DNA of 64,000 nt from Camelus ferus (lineage: Eukaryota), in assembly GCF_009834535.1 (NCBI RefSeq), contig NC_045696.1, forward strand, positions 19,284,001 through 19,348,000, given 5' to 3'. A program made the position numbers and the translations under genes. The notes below the pieces were generated by a model that saw only the letters and a list, made by a program, of their open reading frames with translations, was not told the DNA's origin and did not search any database. Below, piece after piece: positions 1 to 13,429 of the stretch (within the stretch, counting starts at the first letter, position 1; each line of letters opens with the position of its first letter).

Positions 1-410
1 AATCTTAATGTTCTTGAACTTCTGTGAGGGACATTCAGGAGGGTTGAGTGTCCCAGTACAACTTTAGAAAAATGCATAAAGCAGAAACACAGAGAAGTAG
101 CACATAGCACTCTTTAGGTGGAACAGTCAGCCTACAAGATACGTCCACCAAGGCTGTCATGCAAATGAACATATGCAGAAGTGATGTGATGTGGGTCATA
201 AAAAAGTATATGCTGCACCAAGATAGTTCATAATATTATACTTTTAAAATATTATAAACGTGTGAATGAAAACATAGTCTTAGTAACTTAAATGCTCAAT
301 AATGTATTATAAAATACATATAAACCATCTCTATAAATGATGGACTTTCAAGTGTGCTTCCTATGTGTTTTTACATAAAGCACATTTCAGAAGATATATA
401 GTGCATTTGT

Positions 411-550
411 TCATTAACTTATTCATTCATTCAATCTATATGTATTGAGGAATAACTATAGTCAGGCACTGTTCCAGGCAAAAAGGAAAAATTTAGAAAT
501 ACAACAAATAAGAAACTGTCTTCCTTATCTAGGTTTCTATTTGATGGGGA
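411..550 (-). mobile_element. L2 LINE 3' end fragment
   Basis: ttcattcattcaat...tattgag...actatagtcaggcactgttccaggca, typical of the reverse L2 tail. Confidence 0.6.
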
Positions 551-1934
551 AGGGGTCCCAGGTCTTATGCCACACAAGAGCCAAGGAAAATTGGGTTCTA
601 ACCATTAATGTAATCTGGTGACTATTTACAGACTGGCAAGGCTATGTGAAATCCTGTTTTCCAAAATAAAAATTAATATATCTCATGTTAAATTTTCTGT
701 ATTCACTTATAAATAGAGCACAGTGAGTGGCCAGATCATGAAATTATATTGGATGGGTTGCAACTTCATTCTATTTTTAGCTCTCTTATCCAGTATATCA
801 AATTCAGTGCTTTCACATGACACGTCTGATGCCAATAGTTTGAAGGCAATTGAGTGAGGGCTCCTTGAGTTCAGTTTGAACACTAATTGTACTGGCAATG
901 ACAGCATCACCAACTGACTGACACTTGTTCACCAGACAGCTAGGATAAGAGAATTCATATATTGAGAACTGTGAAAGAGGTTAGAGGAAATGAGAGTGGA
1001 AAAAAATTCAGTTAATAATGAGATTTAAAAACTGATCTGTAAAGCTTAACTCCTTACTTAGACTGACATGTTATATGTCAGGCTACCTCTGTAAGAGCCG
1101 TCTATGCTGTCGCTCAGAAATAATTTCACGCGCAAGGAACTTAGTACAGGAATTAGACATCAGGAAATCTGAGGGGCAGAGGGTCTGTCTCCCCAGGAAG
1201 GGTAATTATGAGTCATTTACTGTGCTTCAGTTGCTCCCTTACGAAAGCAAAATGCATGCACTCAAAACAATCTCAAAGTTTCACAATTAAAATGTTCTCC
1301 CGAGAGTCCCTGTTTCCATGAATAATTTTTGATAAAAAAAAAAAAACTAGCCAAATCATAGTTTATGTTGGTGGGATTTTGTTGGCTTGTACATAAGCTA
1401 CAAAAATCAGTTTTAGTTAGCAATGGTGATACATTTTTTAACCCTAAAAATATCACTGTATCTTTTTCTTATTATTTATTTGCAAGGTATTTATGGATCA
1501 AGATATATGGAGGTGACATTTGAAATCCTCCTGATACGCACATCAGAACTGGTCAATCAATGTAGCTTCTTAAAATATATATACATGTATTTTTTCAGAA
1601 TGAAAAATCGTATTTCATAACAAAATAAAAATTGGAAATTACAAAAATGATACAGTACACTTTTACAATATCTCTTATGTCTTTTCTTTACAGTAGTAAA
1701 GGGAGAGAAAAAACTCTAAGTTCATACATAGCTTATGTGCCAAATAAAACATGCTTTGAAAAAATCCAGTGAGCAGTTTCATGTCTTCTGAGGCTTTAAT
1801 AACTCTTCATCCTGGAAGAAGTATTTTTACCATTAATCTCTATAATGGAGTTTTACGGTTCAGTGTTTAAATCACCAAAAGATGGTGCCATTCCTTCAGC
1901 TACTGTCTTTTAATTCCAAACATAGAACATTCTA

Positions 1935-2412
1935 TCCCTTGTTTTCTGATACTGCATCTTAGCAAGTCCTTTCCTTTCTTTCTGACTTTCTAATAATTCT
2001 CTTGATAGAGGAAACCAGATGGAGATAGGAAGAAAGACGGGTAGAGAAAGGACATAATCTGGTTAATCTGCATGCTTCCTGGAAGCAGCAGAGAGCTGTT
2101 GGTTCCAGTTCCAGATTCTTTCAGTCCCCCAAGGGCTAGCGTCACATGACCTTCCTCCCAGAGGTACCAGGCTAGCCAAGCAACATTCTATCTGGAGAGT
2201 TCCCTGCCTCATCTTCAAGGAGTCCCTCTAAAATTACCTAAATGTCCCTAATCCCAGCTTCCTCTAACTTGATATCTATGCCACCCAAGTCTTCCTCTTT
2301 CGCTTTTCCAACCTTCCAGCAACCATATAACAAATTGTCCTATGTTAAATTCCCTCCATCAAAATACCTAACTTGACATTTCTGTTTTCCTGACTGAATC
2401 TTTACTGATACA
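1935..2412 (+). mobile_element. ERVL LTR, LTR33-like
   Basis: The 3' end taaattccctccatcaaaatacctaac...tttctgttttcctgactgaatctttactgataca matches the recalled LTR33 terminus; 5' boundary approximate. Confidence 0.7.
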
Positions 2413-4281
2413 AAATATTCTCAATAAAGTACTTTCCTAGAATGCATTGTCTATATCAGTGAATCTGACAAATGTAAAGAATTTTCAGAAATTAAAAGTT
2501 TAAGATAAAAAGTTGCATTGATCTTAAATATTTCTCTAGTTGTGCATACCTCAATGTGGAAAAAAATAGCAAACTAAAATATTATAAGAAGAGACAACAA
2601 AAAAATTCCAAATATTTTGGTTATTTTGATGTATGGCATCTCTGTGGCTGTTGACTGACAGGTTATTTAAGAAGTTTATTGATTAGCAGATTAATTACGA
2701 ACAAGAATACACACACATACACACATACAGAGACATACTTAATTTATAGTAAGGTGGTTTTTCTATGGTTTGAAAATTAATATGGTTATAACAATAACAA
2801 GTATCAGTGTGTAAGGCTGTTTAATAAAAATAATTCATCCAGTGGCTAGGATTTATTAGTTACCTTTTAGTATTTTAATAGAAGAAAAATACTAATTACT
2901 GAATTTTCAGAAGAGTATAGATTTCAAGTTTCAAAAATAAGATAGAATGTACTGTATAACACAGGAGTTATTTTTCTTTAATGCATACTTAAATGTCTTT
3001 TAAGTATGATCAGATAAATTTGGATTCCCAGGTGAAATCTGCAGAACCATTGATTTTTTTTTCAACAATCATTATATGATATTCTACGGAGAAAATGAGG
3101 ATTGCATGAATTCAGATTGTGCTCTCTACTTTCTAAAATAGGAGAAACTGTGAGCACTTATGCTGATGGGTGGGGAAGGGAAAGAATTAAAAACAGAGGC
3201 CATATCACATATTAATATTATAATAGGGTAGAAAAATGAGTTGCTTTAAAATTTTTGTGAAAACCACACTGGGTCAGATAAACTGCTACATTTTGATGCC
3301 ATTGGCCAATCTTTTATCAACGACTGCACGCAAAATTACAACAGAGATGATATGAATACTATATAAGTAATTCTTACAGGAACTTCCCTTATGATATACA
3401 GAAATTGTGCTGGAGTTATAATGCACATTTGCAACCAAACAACTAGAAATGAATGTTATAGGAACATGTACATGTGATTGAATAATCTTAAAATATTATA
3501 TTTTTCAAAAGTATTAAGGTAATGTAAAGTATGTGCTACAGGGAAGAGCTCTCTCCAGTATTTCCTAAGAGATACTAGGTGATGTTAGATGTTAGATTCT
3601 TATTGCAAGTACCTGTATGTATACACTGTTGGATGGGCAATGGACACAGAAGAATACTGTAGTCTATGAACAGGTAATGGTGTGAATAGAATATGATTAA
3701 TACCATAAAAGTATACTAAGAGAGAACAAAATATTCAATTTAGCTTCTTCTAAAGCTTTCTAAACTCTGGTTTCAAAGTGGAATTTGGTTCATATTGTCT
3801 TTTCCATGTATATTTAACTTGGTTTTGGTTTTGGAGAAAAGTCCATATGCACTAATAATCTAATTCAAAGAATTACAAATATGTTTTATAAGCAACACAT
3901 TGATAACTAATATTTGATTTAGTTCAACCATGCCTTTTCCTTAACAAAAGTTAGAGGCATAACTTTCATTGAACACATTTCCTACAATACTTCTACAAAA
4001 GATTTGGGCAGTTGGATTTTAAGAAATGTAATTTATGAAAAATTGTCAACAAAAACTTTTCTCTGTATCTTGTTGATAACAATTTAAGTTCAATTAACTG
4101 GTAAGCTCATTGTATGGCATATTACAGGTGCTTAAAAATAAGAGACCTAAACTAAAGATCTGCCAACAAATGTTCTTATAGTATAAAAAGATGAAATAAA
4201 TTCAAGATGTTATTATTTTTCATCAAATCTCATAGGATTTTTTTTCTCCCAATCATAGAAAATAAGGAATGCTGGGAGATA

Positions 4282-4400
4282 GAGGAGGAGCAGCGTGACA
4301 AGCAGGTGGACAGGAGGGGGAGGGGAAGGGGAGGGGAACAGCAGGAGGGGGAGGGGAAGGGAAGGAGGAAGTGGAGGAGGAAGGAGAGGAAGAAAAAGAG
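4282..4400 (+). repeat. GA-rich purine tract containing a G-quadruplex motif (4316-4336)
   Basis: gggggaggggaaggggagggg, followed by gga/gaa-rich sequence. Confidence 0.85.
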
Positions 4401-5136
4401 AAATTTGAATATCATTATATCCTTTTGCTAACCAACTTTTAAAACTGTCTCTTCTTTCCTACACTCTGTTTTGAAAGCTGCCACATCACTTTATTTAACT
4501 AAATATTTGCATACTTTTCAAAAATTTTGTATCAGTACAAAAAGTATTTCAATTTTCTGACAACACTTTACTCATAAATATGGACCTTTAGACTGTCATC
4601 CTTTGAGACAATAAGGTGGAGAGCAATGACTACTCCCAACATGAATCAAAGATAGGATCGTCATGTGCACAGGGAACATTAGAAAAATGCTAATGCTCAT
4701 GAATTCAATATTCATAGCACATTTCCAAGGCAGCTTATTAAGTGAGCATTGAGAATTGGGGTTTTTTAAGCTCCATATCAATGTTCATGGATAAATCAGA
4801 TCCACAGAATCTTCAGTGAATTTATTCTTCTTAATCCATCTCATTCCACCAAAGTTTTTACAGAATTTCTTACATGTGGGATGAAGACAACATTTAATTT
4901 TAAAATAATGTAATCTTATATATGATGTAAGAAAAAAATTGATTACTTGAGGTATTATTTGAACAGTAAATTTATGTATTCTTCTAATAAATATTTAATG
5001 AATATCTATAATGTACAAGGCACTTTAACAGGTACCATAAGGGAAGCAATTTTAAAAATGGATGTAGAATCCAATGCATAGCTATTTTACATAAATAAAG
5101 CCTTTTTATATATACTGTTTTCCTTTTTCATAAAGC

Positions 5137-5252
5137 TTCCTTCCTTCTTTTCTTTCTTTTTTCTTTCTCTCTCTTTCTCTCTCTTTCCCTTCCTTCCTTC
5201 CTTCCTTTCTTTCTTTCCTACTTTTCTTTCTTTCTTTTCTTTCTTTCTTTCT
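5137..5252 (+). repeat. CT-rich low-complexity microsatellite (CTTC/CTTT/CT)
   Basis: Direct reading. Confidence 0.9.
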
Positions 5253-5274
5253 ATACCTCTGCTTCAACTTCTAC

Positions 5275-5428
5275 ATAAGTCACATCAGAACCTGGAAAGT
5301 AAATGATGAAAGCAGCAGATCTAGCAACTGGTCTAAATTCTGAAAAGGCATTAGCATCCTCAGGAAAGAAAGTCAGGTGAACTGATCTCAGGCCTCAGTC
5401 AAGCTGACATATAAAATTAACCATCACA
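5275..5428 (-). mobile_element. MLT2-type (ERVL) LTR terminal fragment
   Basis: Ends gtcaagctgacatataaaattaaccatcaca, the reverse complement of the MLT2 5' terminus tgtgatggttaatttta..tgtca. Confidence 0.6.
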
Positions 5429-6406
5429 CTCAATATTCATTTTTTTCCTTTGTTTTTAATCTTGAAAAAATATACAACTTTTTCTGCACCCTACTTTTTT
5501 ATCCAAAAATGATATAAAAAACTCTCTCAACTAAACTGAAATAATGCAGATTTCTTCTTTACAATGGCTGTATAATTTTCCATGGTGTGTTTATATTTCT
5601 ATGGTATATATATGTTGTATCTTATCTATTTTCTTATTGATGACAAGAACTCCATTTAGTTTTATTTTGCCTTACATCTTTTTTTCCTACCAAATCAATT
5701 TTTTTGGTAGCTGATTTCTGCGTTGTTCTTATTTTTTGTTCTTTATTATAAGAAAAGTTACCAGCGGGTTCAAACAATTCACCGTATGCTTGATTGTTAA
5801 AATCTTTTCTCACATATATTTTATCTGAGGACTAACCACAGAACAAATTCATGAAATCAAATAGAATTTAATATATATACAAGTATATATTTACATTTAT
5901 TCATTAAGAAATGTATATTAGGAAAAAATCTTTAAGATCTTCATACTTTTTGAAGACCTTTACATTTTTGAAAACGTTTAAGTATTTACCTGTAGTTTTT
6001 TAGAGGATATTTTTAGTATATGCCATAAATATCATAGATGTTATTATTATATTCCTAAAGGAAGTAGCTTTAAGCTATGTAAAGTCACCATACATAAATT
6101 AATATTTCTTATTTTTTGCATCATTTTCATCTTTGATTTTCAAGTTTTCTTTCCATAAAAGCAATTCACAATTTTGTTTTCATTTATAAGATTTATCCCT
6201 TTCAATTTTGGGTTCTCTTTAGGCCCTGTGTCCATATTCAACACGTGGGCTCTGAAAATACATGGGAGCCCTGTATTTTAAACAGAATAGAATATGTGGC
6301 ATGGTTCACACAAATAAAGCTCTAGAACTAAATAAATTTTCTTTTTTAGACCATCAGCTGGTGACAGCTCAATAAATGGAATTTATGTGTTTTTTCTCAT
6401 TCTAGA

Positions 6407-6490
6407 TTTTTAAAAATTGATGTACAGTTACAACATGTCAATTTCTGGTGTATAGTACAATGTCCTAGTCATGCATATACATACACATAT
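6407..6490 (-). mobile_element. Short 5'-truncated artiodactyl/camelid L1 3' end
   Basis: ttgatgtacagttacaacatgtcaatttctggtgtatagtacaatgtcctagtcatgcatatacatacacatat; homologous to the copies at 14223, 16859 and 54163. Confidence 0.8.
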
Positions 6491-6685
6491 AGAATTGAAT
6501 AAACTTTGCCATAAACATTTTGTATTCATTACCTGTTAAAGATTGATATGTGCATCATCTTAGATACATGGTGTTACAAAAACACATATTTTAATAAAGG
6601 CTATTTATATATTATACTATTACCACTGATGCTTGAATATAAGTAATAATGAGCCAAGTGTTAGTATTCTCTGCAGTTGGGATCC

Positions 6686-7199
6686 TGTATTAGTCAGGGT
6701 TTTCCAGAGAAATGGAACCAAAAGATTTTTTTTTTTTTTTTTTGAGAGAGAGATAGATGTATTATAAGAAATTGACTCATTGTGATTATGGAGGCTGAGA
6801 AGTCCCACCTTCTGCCTTCTGCAAACTGGAGTCCCAGGAAATTTGGTCATCTAGTTTTGAAATTCTGAGAGCCAGAGAGCTGACGGTATAGCTCCCAGTC
6901 GAGATCTGAAGGCCTGAGAACCAAGAGCATGGAGGACAGGAGAAGTGCCATGTCCAAGCTCACTCAGCCAGGAAGAGAGCAAGTTCAGTCTTCCTCCACC
7001 TTTTTGTTTATTCAGGCCTTCTGTGGGTTGGACAATGCCCATCCACATTGGGGAAGGCGATCTGCTTTATTCAGCCCACCAATTCAAATGCTAAGCTCTC
7101 CTGGAAACACTCTCGCAGACACGTCTGGGAATAATGTTCAACCAGATACGTGAGCATCCTGTGGGCCAGGCAACTTGACACATAAAACTCATCATCAAA
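6686..7199 (-). mobile_element. MLT2B-like ERVL solo LTR
   Basis: Starts tgtattagtcagggttttccagagaaa, contains gattatggaggctgagaagtccc and gatctgctttattcag, ends caacttgacacataaaactcatcatca. Confidence 0.9.
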
Positions 7200-8819
7200 G
7201 TCCCCATTGACATTCTTCATCAGCCCAAGATCACTCAGTGAAGATCTTAACTTATTAGAATTCTGGATCGATAATAGGACTGTAAATATTTGGTCTCTCA
7301 GTTATTTCTGAATAACCAGTCATCTAGGCATCTGTTTTTTTTTTTTCCTCTCTTTTGTTTTCCAAATCCTCTAAAATGACTTATAATCACAGTTTGTTTC
7401 AGAGCACAAAATGTACCAAATTTAATATTTGAGTTCTACTTCCACCTGCTAAAATTACAGCAAAGCAGTAAATCAAAGAGTTGATACAGGTCAAAGTGAT
7501 TCAGTACACTACAGTTAGAGTTTTGTTCAATTGTACATTAAAGGATGATATGTGTTTCAATCCATTATTAACATAGTTATAGAGATTTTTTAAAGGCTCG
7601 TGGATTTATTGCCTTAGCTGAACTTTAAACAATTCACAAAAAAAGAAATCATATCACTGATGTATTTTTGAATTTTACTTTTCTATTCACGACTAAGACA
7701 TTTGATGTTACTTTTTTATTGTCCTTGGCCAGGCCAAATATATTTGTTAAAAAGGGACTGTTTCCATCCTAAGAAATTGAAATTGTATTAATATTTGTTA
7801 GGATAACTATATTGCTTCTACTTTCCAATCTGTTTTTATGAAAGGAATATTTTTTATTTCCCCTGTACATTACTGGTACAAGCTTAGCCTAAACTGCGAC
7901 TCAAAACTGTCTGATGGGTAGGGGAGGATGAAAAATTAGAATTTTCTTAAGACAATGAGGAAAATCCTGAGACAAACTCATCTCAAGGGATAAAAAACAT
8001 GGATATAATGAATCCTAACTAAGACTTTGGAAGAAATGGTCATGGTTTCTGTCCTCAGATTTTTCTGTAGGCCCTGGAGCAAATTTAACTAAATTCAGAA
8101 AGAACCATTTCTCTAAAACTATTCTAAGGTATCGAGGCTGAAACAGCAAAATGTCAGAATAATTTAAGTCAGAATAAACGGTTTAGTTCGTCAAAAGCAG
8201 CTGAGATTTCTAATATGCTACAGACTAAAAAGTATTTTTTTTTTTAAATTTAGAGATAAGAGAGTTTATTTTTGACCCTAGGACAAAGTCCCTTTAGAAT
8301 AGGGTGAGTATTTAGAGGAAGTGAATGGTGACAACCTTTTCAAAAAATTTTGTAGAAAATATAGGAGACATTAGGAGGACTGTGTCCTCTTGGGTATTGA
8401 ATGACTACATTGACTATAGAGAAACCTCTGCTTTATTTTGTTGAATGTGCGCCTGCTTGTTTTAACAATAGGAGAAAATTGATCCATGTTAAATGAACGG
8501 AGAATTAAATAGTAGAAAGAGGAAAGTCAAACATTTTTGGAGAGAAGCAGATAAGTGTCATGGCAAGATGCCAAGAAGGAATATAGGAATAAAATCCATA
8601 ACAGAGTGGAAGGTTAAGCCTTTGTCAGGAACAGATCCCTCCCCATGTGATAGGAGAAAAGAAGACATAGCTAAGTGTATATGCACATATCTTTATAGAA
8701 TGAGTGTTTGAAATTTGAGGTTGCATCTACTACATGCCTTCAATGTTCTCTGGAAAGTAAGAAGTGATCCTTTAGAAGAGCTATGGTGTACAGATGAGGA
8801 AGGAAAAAAACAGTGAATA

Positions 8820-9335
8820 GATGGCAGTATTTTAAAGAGGGACCCAGCAGTATCTCCCATGTCACATGCTTGAACACTGTGGGATTATCACGCATCAAGA
8901 ATTGAAGTCTACATACATCTCAACCTTCGTAAGTCTAGTGACTGCTTTCACCAATAAAATATAGCCCAGATGACTGTGTGCCAGTTCCAAATATAGCCTA
9001 AAAATGGGCTTCAGCTCCTGCTTCTTCTTGGAAGCCAGCTTTACAAAAGAAATGCAGCGCTCCTGAGTCCATCATGCTATGAGAAGACAGTCATGAGGAG
9101 GAGCCATAGGAGATACCAAGGGAAAGAAACACCAGAATACAAAAATCTGAGTAAGAATGCCGCTTTGAACATCCAGCACACTTAAAAATTCAGACTGCTC
9201 TATCCTCAGACAGTATCTGTCTAGCTAGCTGTGTAGAGGCACTCCACAGAACCACAAGACATATTAATGTTTAATTATTGATTTAAACCACTAAGTTTTG
9301 GGATGTTTTGATACATAGCAATAGACAATTGGGAA
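8820..9335 (+). mobile_element. MaLR LTR (MLT1G/H-like)
   Basis: gtgactgctttcaccaataaaatatagcccagatgactgtgtgccagttcc...; 3' end tttaaaccactaagttttgggatgttttgatacatagcaatagacaa. Confidence 0.8.
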
Positions 9336-10169
9336 GTGTAGACTGTTGTTTTGGCAGGTGCTAAAGTGAGCTAAGCAGAGAAATGTGGTAGGCTATACGG
9401 AGCAGGGTTGAATGCCTAAATAAAGTGTTTGACTTAATTCATCTTGGTACACAATAAGTTCAGTTGAGTAACTCCATCCAGCAGGAGTCATGAGTGAAGT
9501 ATGAGAACTGAACATGAAGGAAAAATCTTGTGGTTGATCTAAGGTTCACATGGAGCCAGGACAGTTACAAGGAAATGAAAATCAGTCAAGAGAGTAGAGT
9601 ATCATAATAAAAATTATTTAAGTTATTATTACAGCCTAAAATTGATATTTCATTGTCTTTGATGGCTTTTAGCATTTTTCCTCAAACTGTTCTAGAGTCT
9701 TGTGTCTCCATCATCATCACCATCATCATCCTCCCATCGCCCCCAAAATATGCTCTTTCATAGAATCTAATCATGGTTTCTCCTCATGAAAATGGTGGGT
9801 GGAAATCACTATACTTTTCCTTTGGGCTGCTGTATATAGTTCATAATCTTTCTCAAATGTTTGGCTTTAATTATAGATCATTATTCTTGGGAGGATATGT
9901 GCTTTTCAGTGGTCTGATTTGAGCTTCTATTTGTTCCTCCTCAGGTTGATGCTTATAATTTAAAATCTAGAAAATTGTATTGAATCTTGAAATTGCAGGC
10001 TGGTCCTCCTAAGCAACAGTTTTTGCTCTAAATGAATTTCTTTTTTTAAATGTTGTTTTATTTTTTTTTTAAGAAACACGTCTTGTATTGTGTTACTTAG
10101 AATTATATCTGAAGATTTTTATCAGAAGTTAGGAAAACAATCTAGGACAAGAAATTGAGTTCCTCTAGA

Positions 10170-10359
10170 TTTGCTTTCCTTTTTCTTTCTTTTTTCCTTT
10201 GTTCTCTTTCTTTCTTCCTCCCTCCTTCCCTTTCTTTCCTTCTTTCTTTCTTTCCTTCTTTCCTTCTTTCTTTCTTTCTTCTATCTTTCTTTCTTTCTAT
10301 CCTTCTTTCCTTCTTTCCTTCTTTCTTTCTTTCTTTCCTTCTTTCTTTCTTTCTTTCCT

Positions 10360-10443
<84 letters not shown>

Positions 10444-10455
10444 TTCTTTCTTTCA
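10170..10455 (+). repeat. Long (CTTT)n/(CCTT)n pyrimidine microsatellite
   Basis: ~285 bp almost pure pyrimidine, with a near-perfect (CTTT)n stretch at ~10360-10440. Confidence 0.98.
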
Positions 10456-11174
10456 GCAGTCTTGAGTACAGGAAATTATTGATGGTCTTAAACAAGCGAC
10501 TTTACAATTATATGGCACACATGTGTCACACCTATATTTTCACCACACTTCTGAACTGTGAGCCAAGAAGAAAAAAAAATTAAATTTTAATAACTGATTT
10601 TCCCTGTTTTCTGATTTGCTGGTTGCCAGAGAGGACCTGCCAGTCCTTTTTTATGCCAATGGAAAATAAAGTAGAATGACACTCCTTTATAGTGATTGTG
10701 CCAAAGGTGAAGGATGTGAGAAGCTGATATAAATGAAGTTGAAATGTCCTTTCTAGTTTTATTTATCCTTAGGAAAGGGATTTTCCTAAAAAAATACAAG
10801 AATTACACAACAGTAATCATTTTGCATTAACTTTAAAAAATGAAATAAAATCGAATTGGCCATCAATTTGTTCCCTGGGTTCTTCAGCAATGCACAGGGG
10901 AGATACTTGATGAAGAAATTTTAACACAGTCATTCAAAGAAGTATGTAGAACAATAGGCTACTATCCACTGGACAAAAATGTGTGACGCCACTTTTTGTA
11001 TTCAGTCATGCAGCTTATGCATAATTCATCACCATTCTATTAAGTAGTGCAGCCATGTTCAAGAAAATAAAATGGAAGGGAAGCAATTTGTCTTCTGAGA
11101 TAGCTTAGTCACTAGAATTTATCCCCTTCCATTTTATAACACAGTCCCCATAGATATTCAGATTTAGTTACATT

Positions 11175-11244
11175 TTACATGTTACTTACATACTACTTAC
11201 TTACATGTTAGTTACATACTACTTACTTACATGTTAGTTACATA
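11175..11244 (+). repeat. 26-bp tandem repeat, ~2.7 copies
   Basis: Unit ttacatgtta(g/c)ttacatactacttac at 11175-11200 and 11201-11226, partial at 11227-11244. Confidence 0.92.
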
Positions 11245-13123
11245 ATAAGGGATTAGGCAAGTCTGCATTGATACTCTCTTCATTTGCAAATGCCCTATTT
11301 GGTCATATGTTATTGTGTAACATTTTTCCCATAAAACGAGGACCCCATTCATCATTACTTTGTGATTTCAGTACTACTGTCCATCCTATAAACTATGACT
11401 TTCATTCATGGATGGAAAACATGAGGTCTACACGATCTGTGATCTGTGTTATAGTAAAACCAGGGGTGCCAGATAGTTCATTCCTTTCTGTCTTGGTAAA
11501 CTAGCTTTGAAAAGTTTTAGACAAATAGATGGGTATACACACTGATATTGGTTACCTTTGTGTTTAATGTTAGCACCACACTGGCCAGTGTTTTTCATTA
11601 AGACTCTGGTTGTTGTCCATTGAGTGTGGTTGAGCTCCTATTTGAATAATAAACTCCCACAGGTCTGAGGCATTGCTCAGATAGAGGTTCTCAGCCTCTG
11701 ACATTTGAGTAACAGTCTCACCTGCCACCTTTAATTGTTCTCCATTCTTTAATCCCAGACAGAGAGCAAGGCTGATGGAAGCTGTCATTCTGATTCCTAA
11801 AGAATTTTCCTCTTGCTACTTAAAATGGTTTCACCATCACCTAATATAAAAGAGCTGTTTGGAGATTCTGCTGCCTTCTGTTCTTCACACAAACTTGTCT
11901 CCACTTTGTTGAGTAAACACATTTCACACTGCAGACTTGTTGTACATCAGACTTTTTATTGGTGACCTTTGCCCCCCACCAGAGTTAAAGCTCCTGACAC
12001 TTTGGGAAAGGTCAAAGTCTTATAGTCCGAAAGTTGGCTACAGGCTAGCACTGTCTAAAACACCACAGTTTTGTATGGAATATCACACTGGTAAAACAAT
12101 CTTTCAAATTCATATTCCCAACAAACCACAATAGATAATACGGTCCCAGTGTTTTACAGCTGCTCAGAACCTGGGCCCAGAGGGTCAGAGAACTTGCATA
12201 GCGCAGGTAAGTATTAGAATTAGGATTCAGGCTCAGTTAATGCACCTCCATGCCCAGAGAAATAGAAGGGGAGAAGGAGTAACAAAGAAGGAAGATGAAT
12301 GTTTTTGTTTTTGAGAGGAAAGACTTAAAATTAATTTTAATGTAGGTTGATAACATGAAATAAATGATAGATGATTAAATATGTGATACTCAGTTTTAGT
12401 CAATTCAAAGATTTTCTTTCATCTACATTAATTACTGGTAGTAATAACTTAAAAGTTCCTCTCTTTGCACAATAAAATAAATGGATATAATCGAAGCATT
12501 TTTCTTTTTAAACCCGTATGTGTTGCTTTATTTTTATCCAAATTAGCTTTGCATTTTGTTTTATGAGAATAAAATTTGCTGATTAACAAAATTTCATCTT
12601 AAATGGTGCATGCAGTACTTCTGTCAGGTAAAACTTAGGAGAAAATGTTAAACATGAAATGAATTTTTCAAAGTGATTTCAACATGAAATATTTAAACAT
12701 AATCTTTTAGCCTTAGGATATTATGATTGTCACAGTGATACTCTAAAATACAGTAAAACTTCCCCAGTTAAAATTTTGATTATGCGTAATAACCATCAAT
12801 CATTCTGTAAATAACAGTTAACAAAACTATTTTGTATTGTTCTGCACCTAATCAGTTAAATGACAGCATTCAGGAAATTATGCTCAGAGAGTATTCTATT
12901 TTGAACTTTTGAATTCATTTATTATTTTCATTTCTCTGTTGTACATCCTGCTAGCTGAATAAGTAATTTGTTGTTTGTTATCATTGATTTTCTTGATAGC
13001 TTAGATACCTTAACCAGTTTTAATCATCTGCATATTTAAAATCAACTATATTTTTACACTAGAGCCGATTTTTAAAGGGCCCTTAGTAGTATCATTTAGC
13101 TTGACTTTCTGTATTATCTCAAA

Positions 13124-13412
13124 CAGCACCGTACAGTACAAACATCATGCAAGTGATGTATGTAACTTTAAATTTTCTAGTAGCCATATTAAAAAAAATA
13201 AAAAACAGGGAAAAATTATTCAATATGATATTTGGCATAAAATCTATTCAAAATATTATTTCAATATGTATTCAATAAAATTTAAAATGAGATATTTTAC
13301 AGATTATACTAAATATGAGACTTACTGTGTATTTACATCTCAATTTGATTTAGCCACATTTCAAGTGCTCAGTGTTCACAGATGACGAGTAGATACCGTG
13401 AGTGGATACTTG
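13124..13412. mobile_element. MER33 (hAT-Charlie non-autonomous DNA transposon)
   Basis: tatgtaactttaaattttctagtagccatattaaaaaa...atgagatattttaca...tagccacatttcaagtgctcag matches recalled MER33. Confidence 0.85.
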
Positions 13413-13429
13413 AGCAGTTAGTTTTATTG

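Noticed and set aside
4207..4431. Basic Gly/Arg/Glu-rich ORF and its antisense partner
   Set aside because: Both arise from the GA-rich low-complexity tract
10142..10583. Four long ORFs (KERK-rich and FLSF-rich)
   Set aside because: They are translations of the (CTTT)n microsatellite, which contains no stop codons
11175..11244. Possible CRISPR-like array
   Set aside because: Repeats are head-to-tail with no spacers, there are no cas genes, and the context is mammalian
12203..12213. Consensus splice donor gcag|gtaagta
   Set aside because: Lies in a MIR-like remnant with no convincing exon frame
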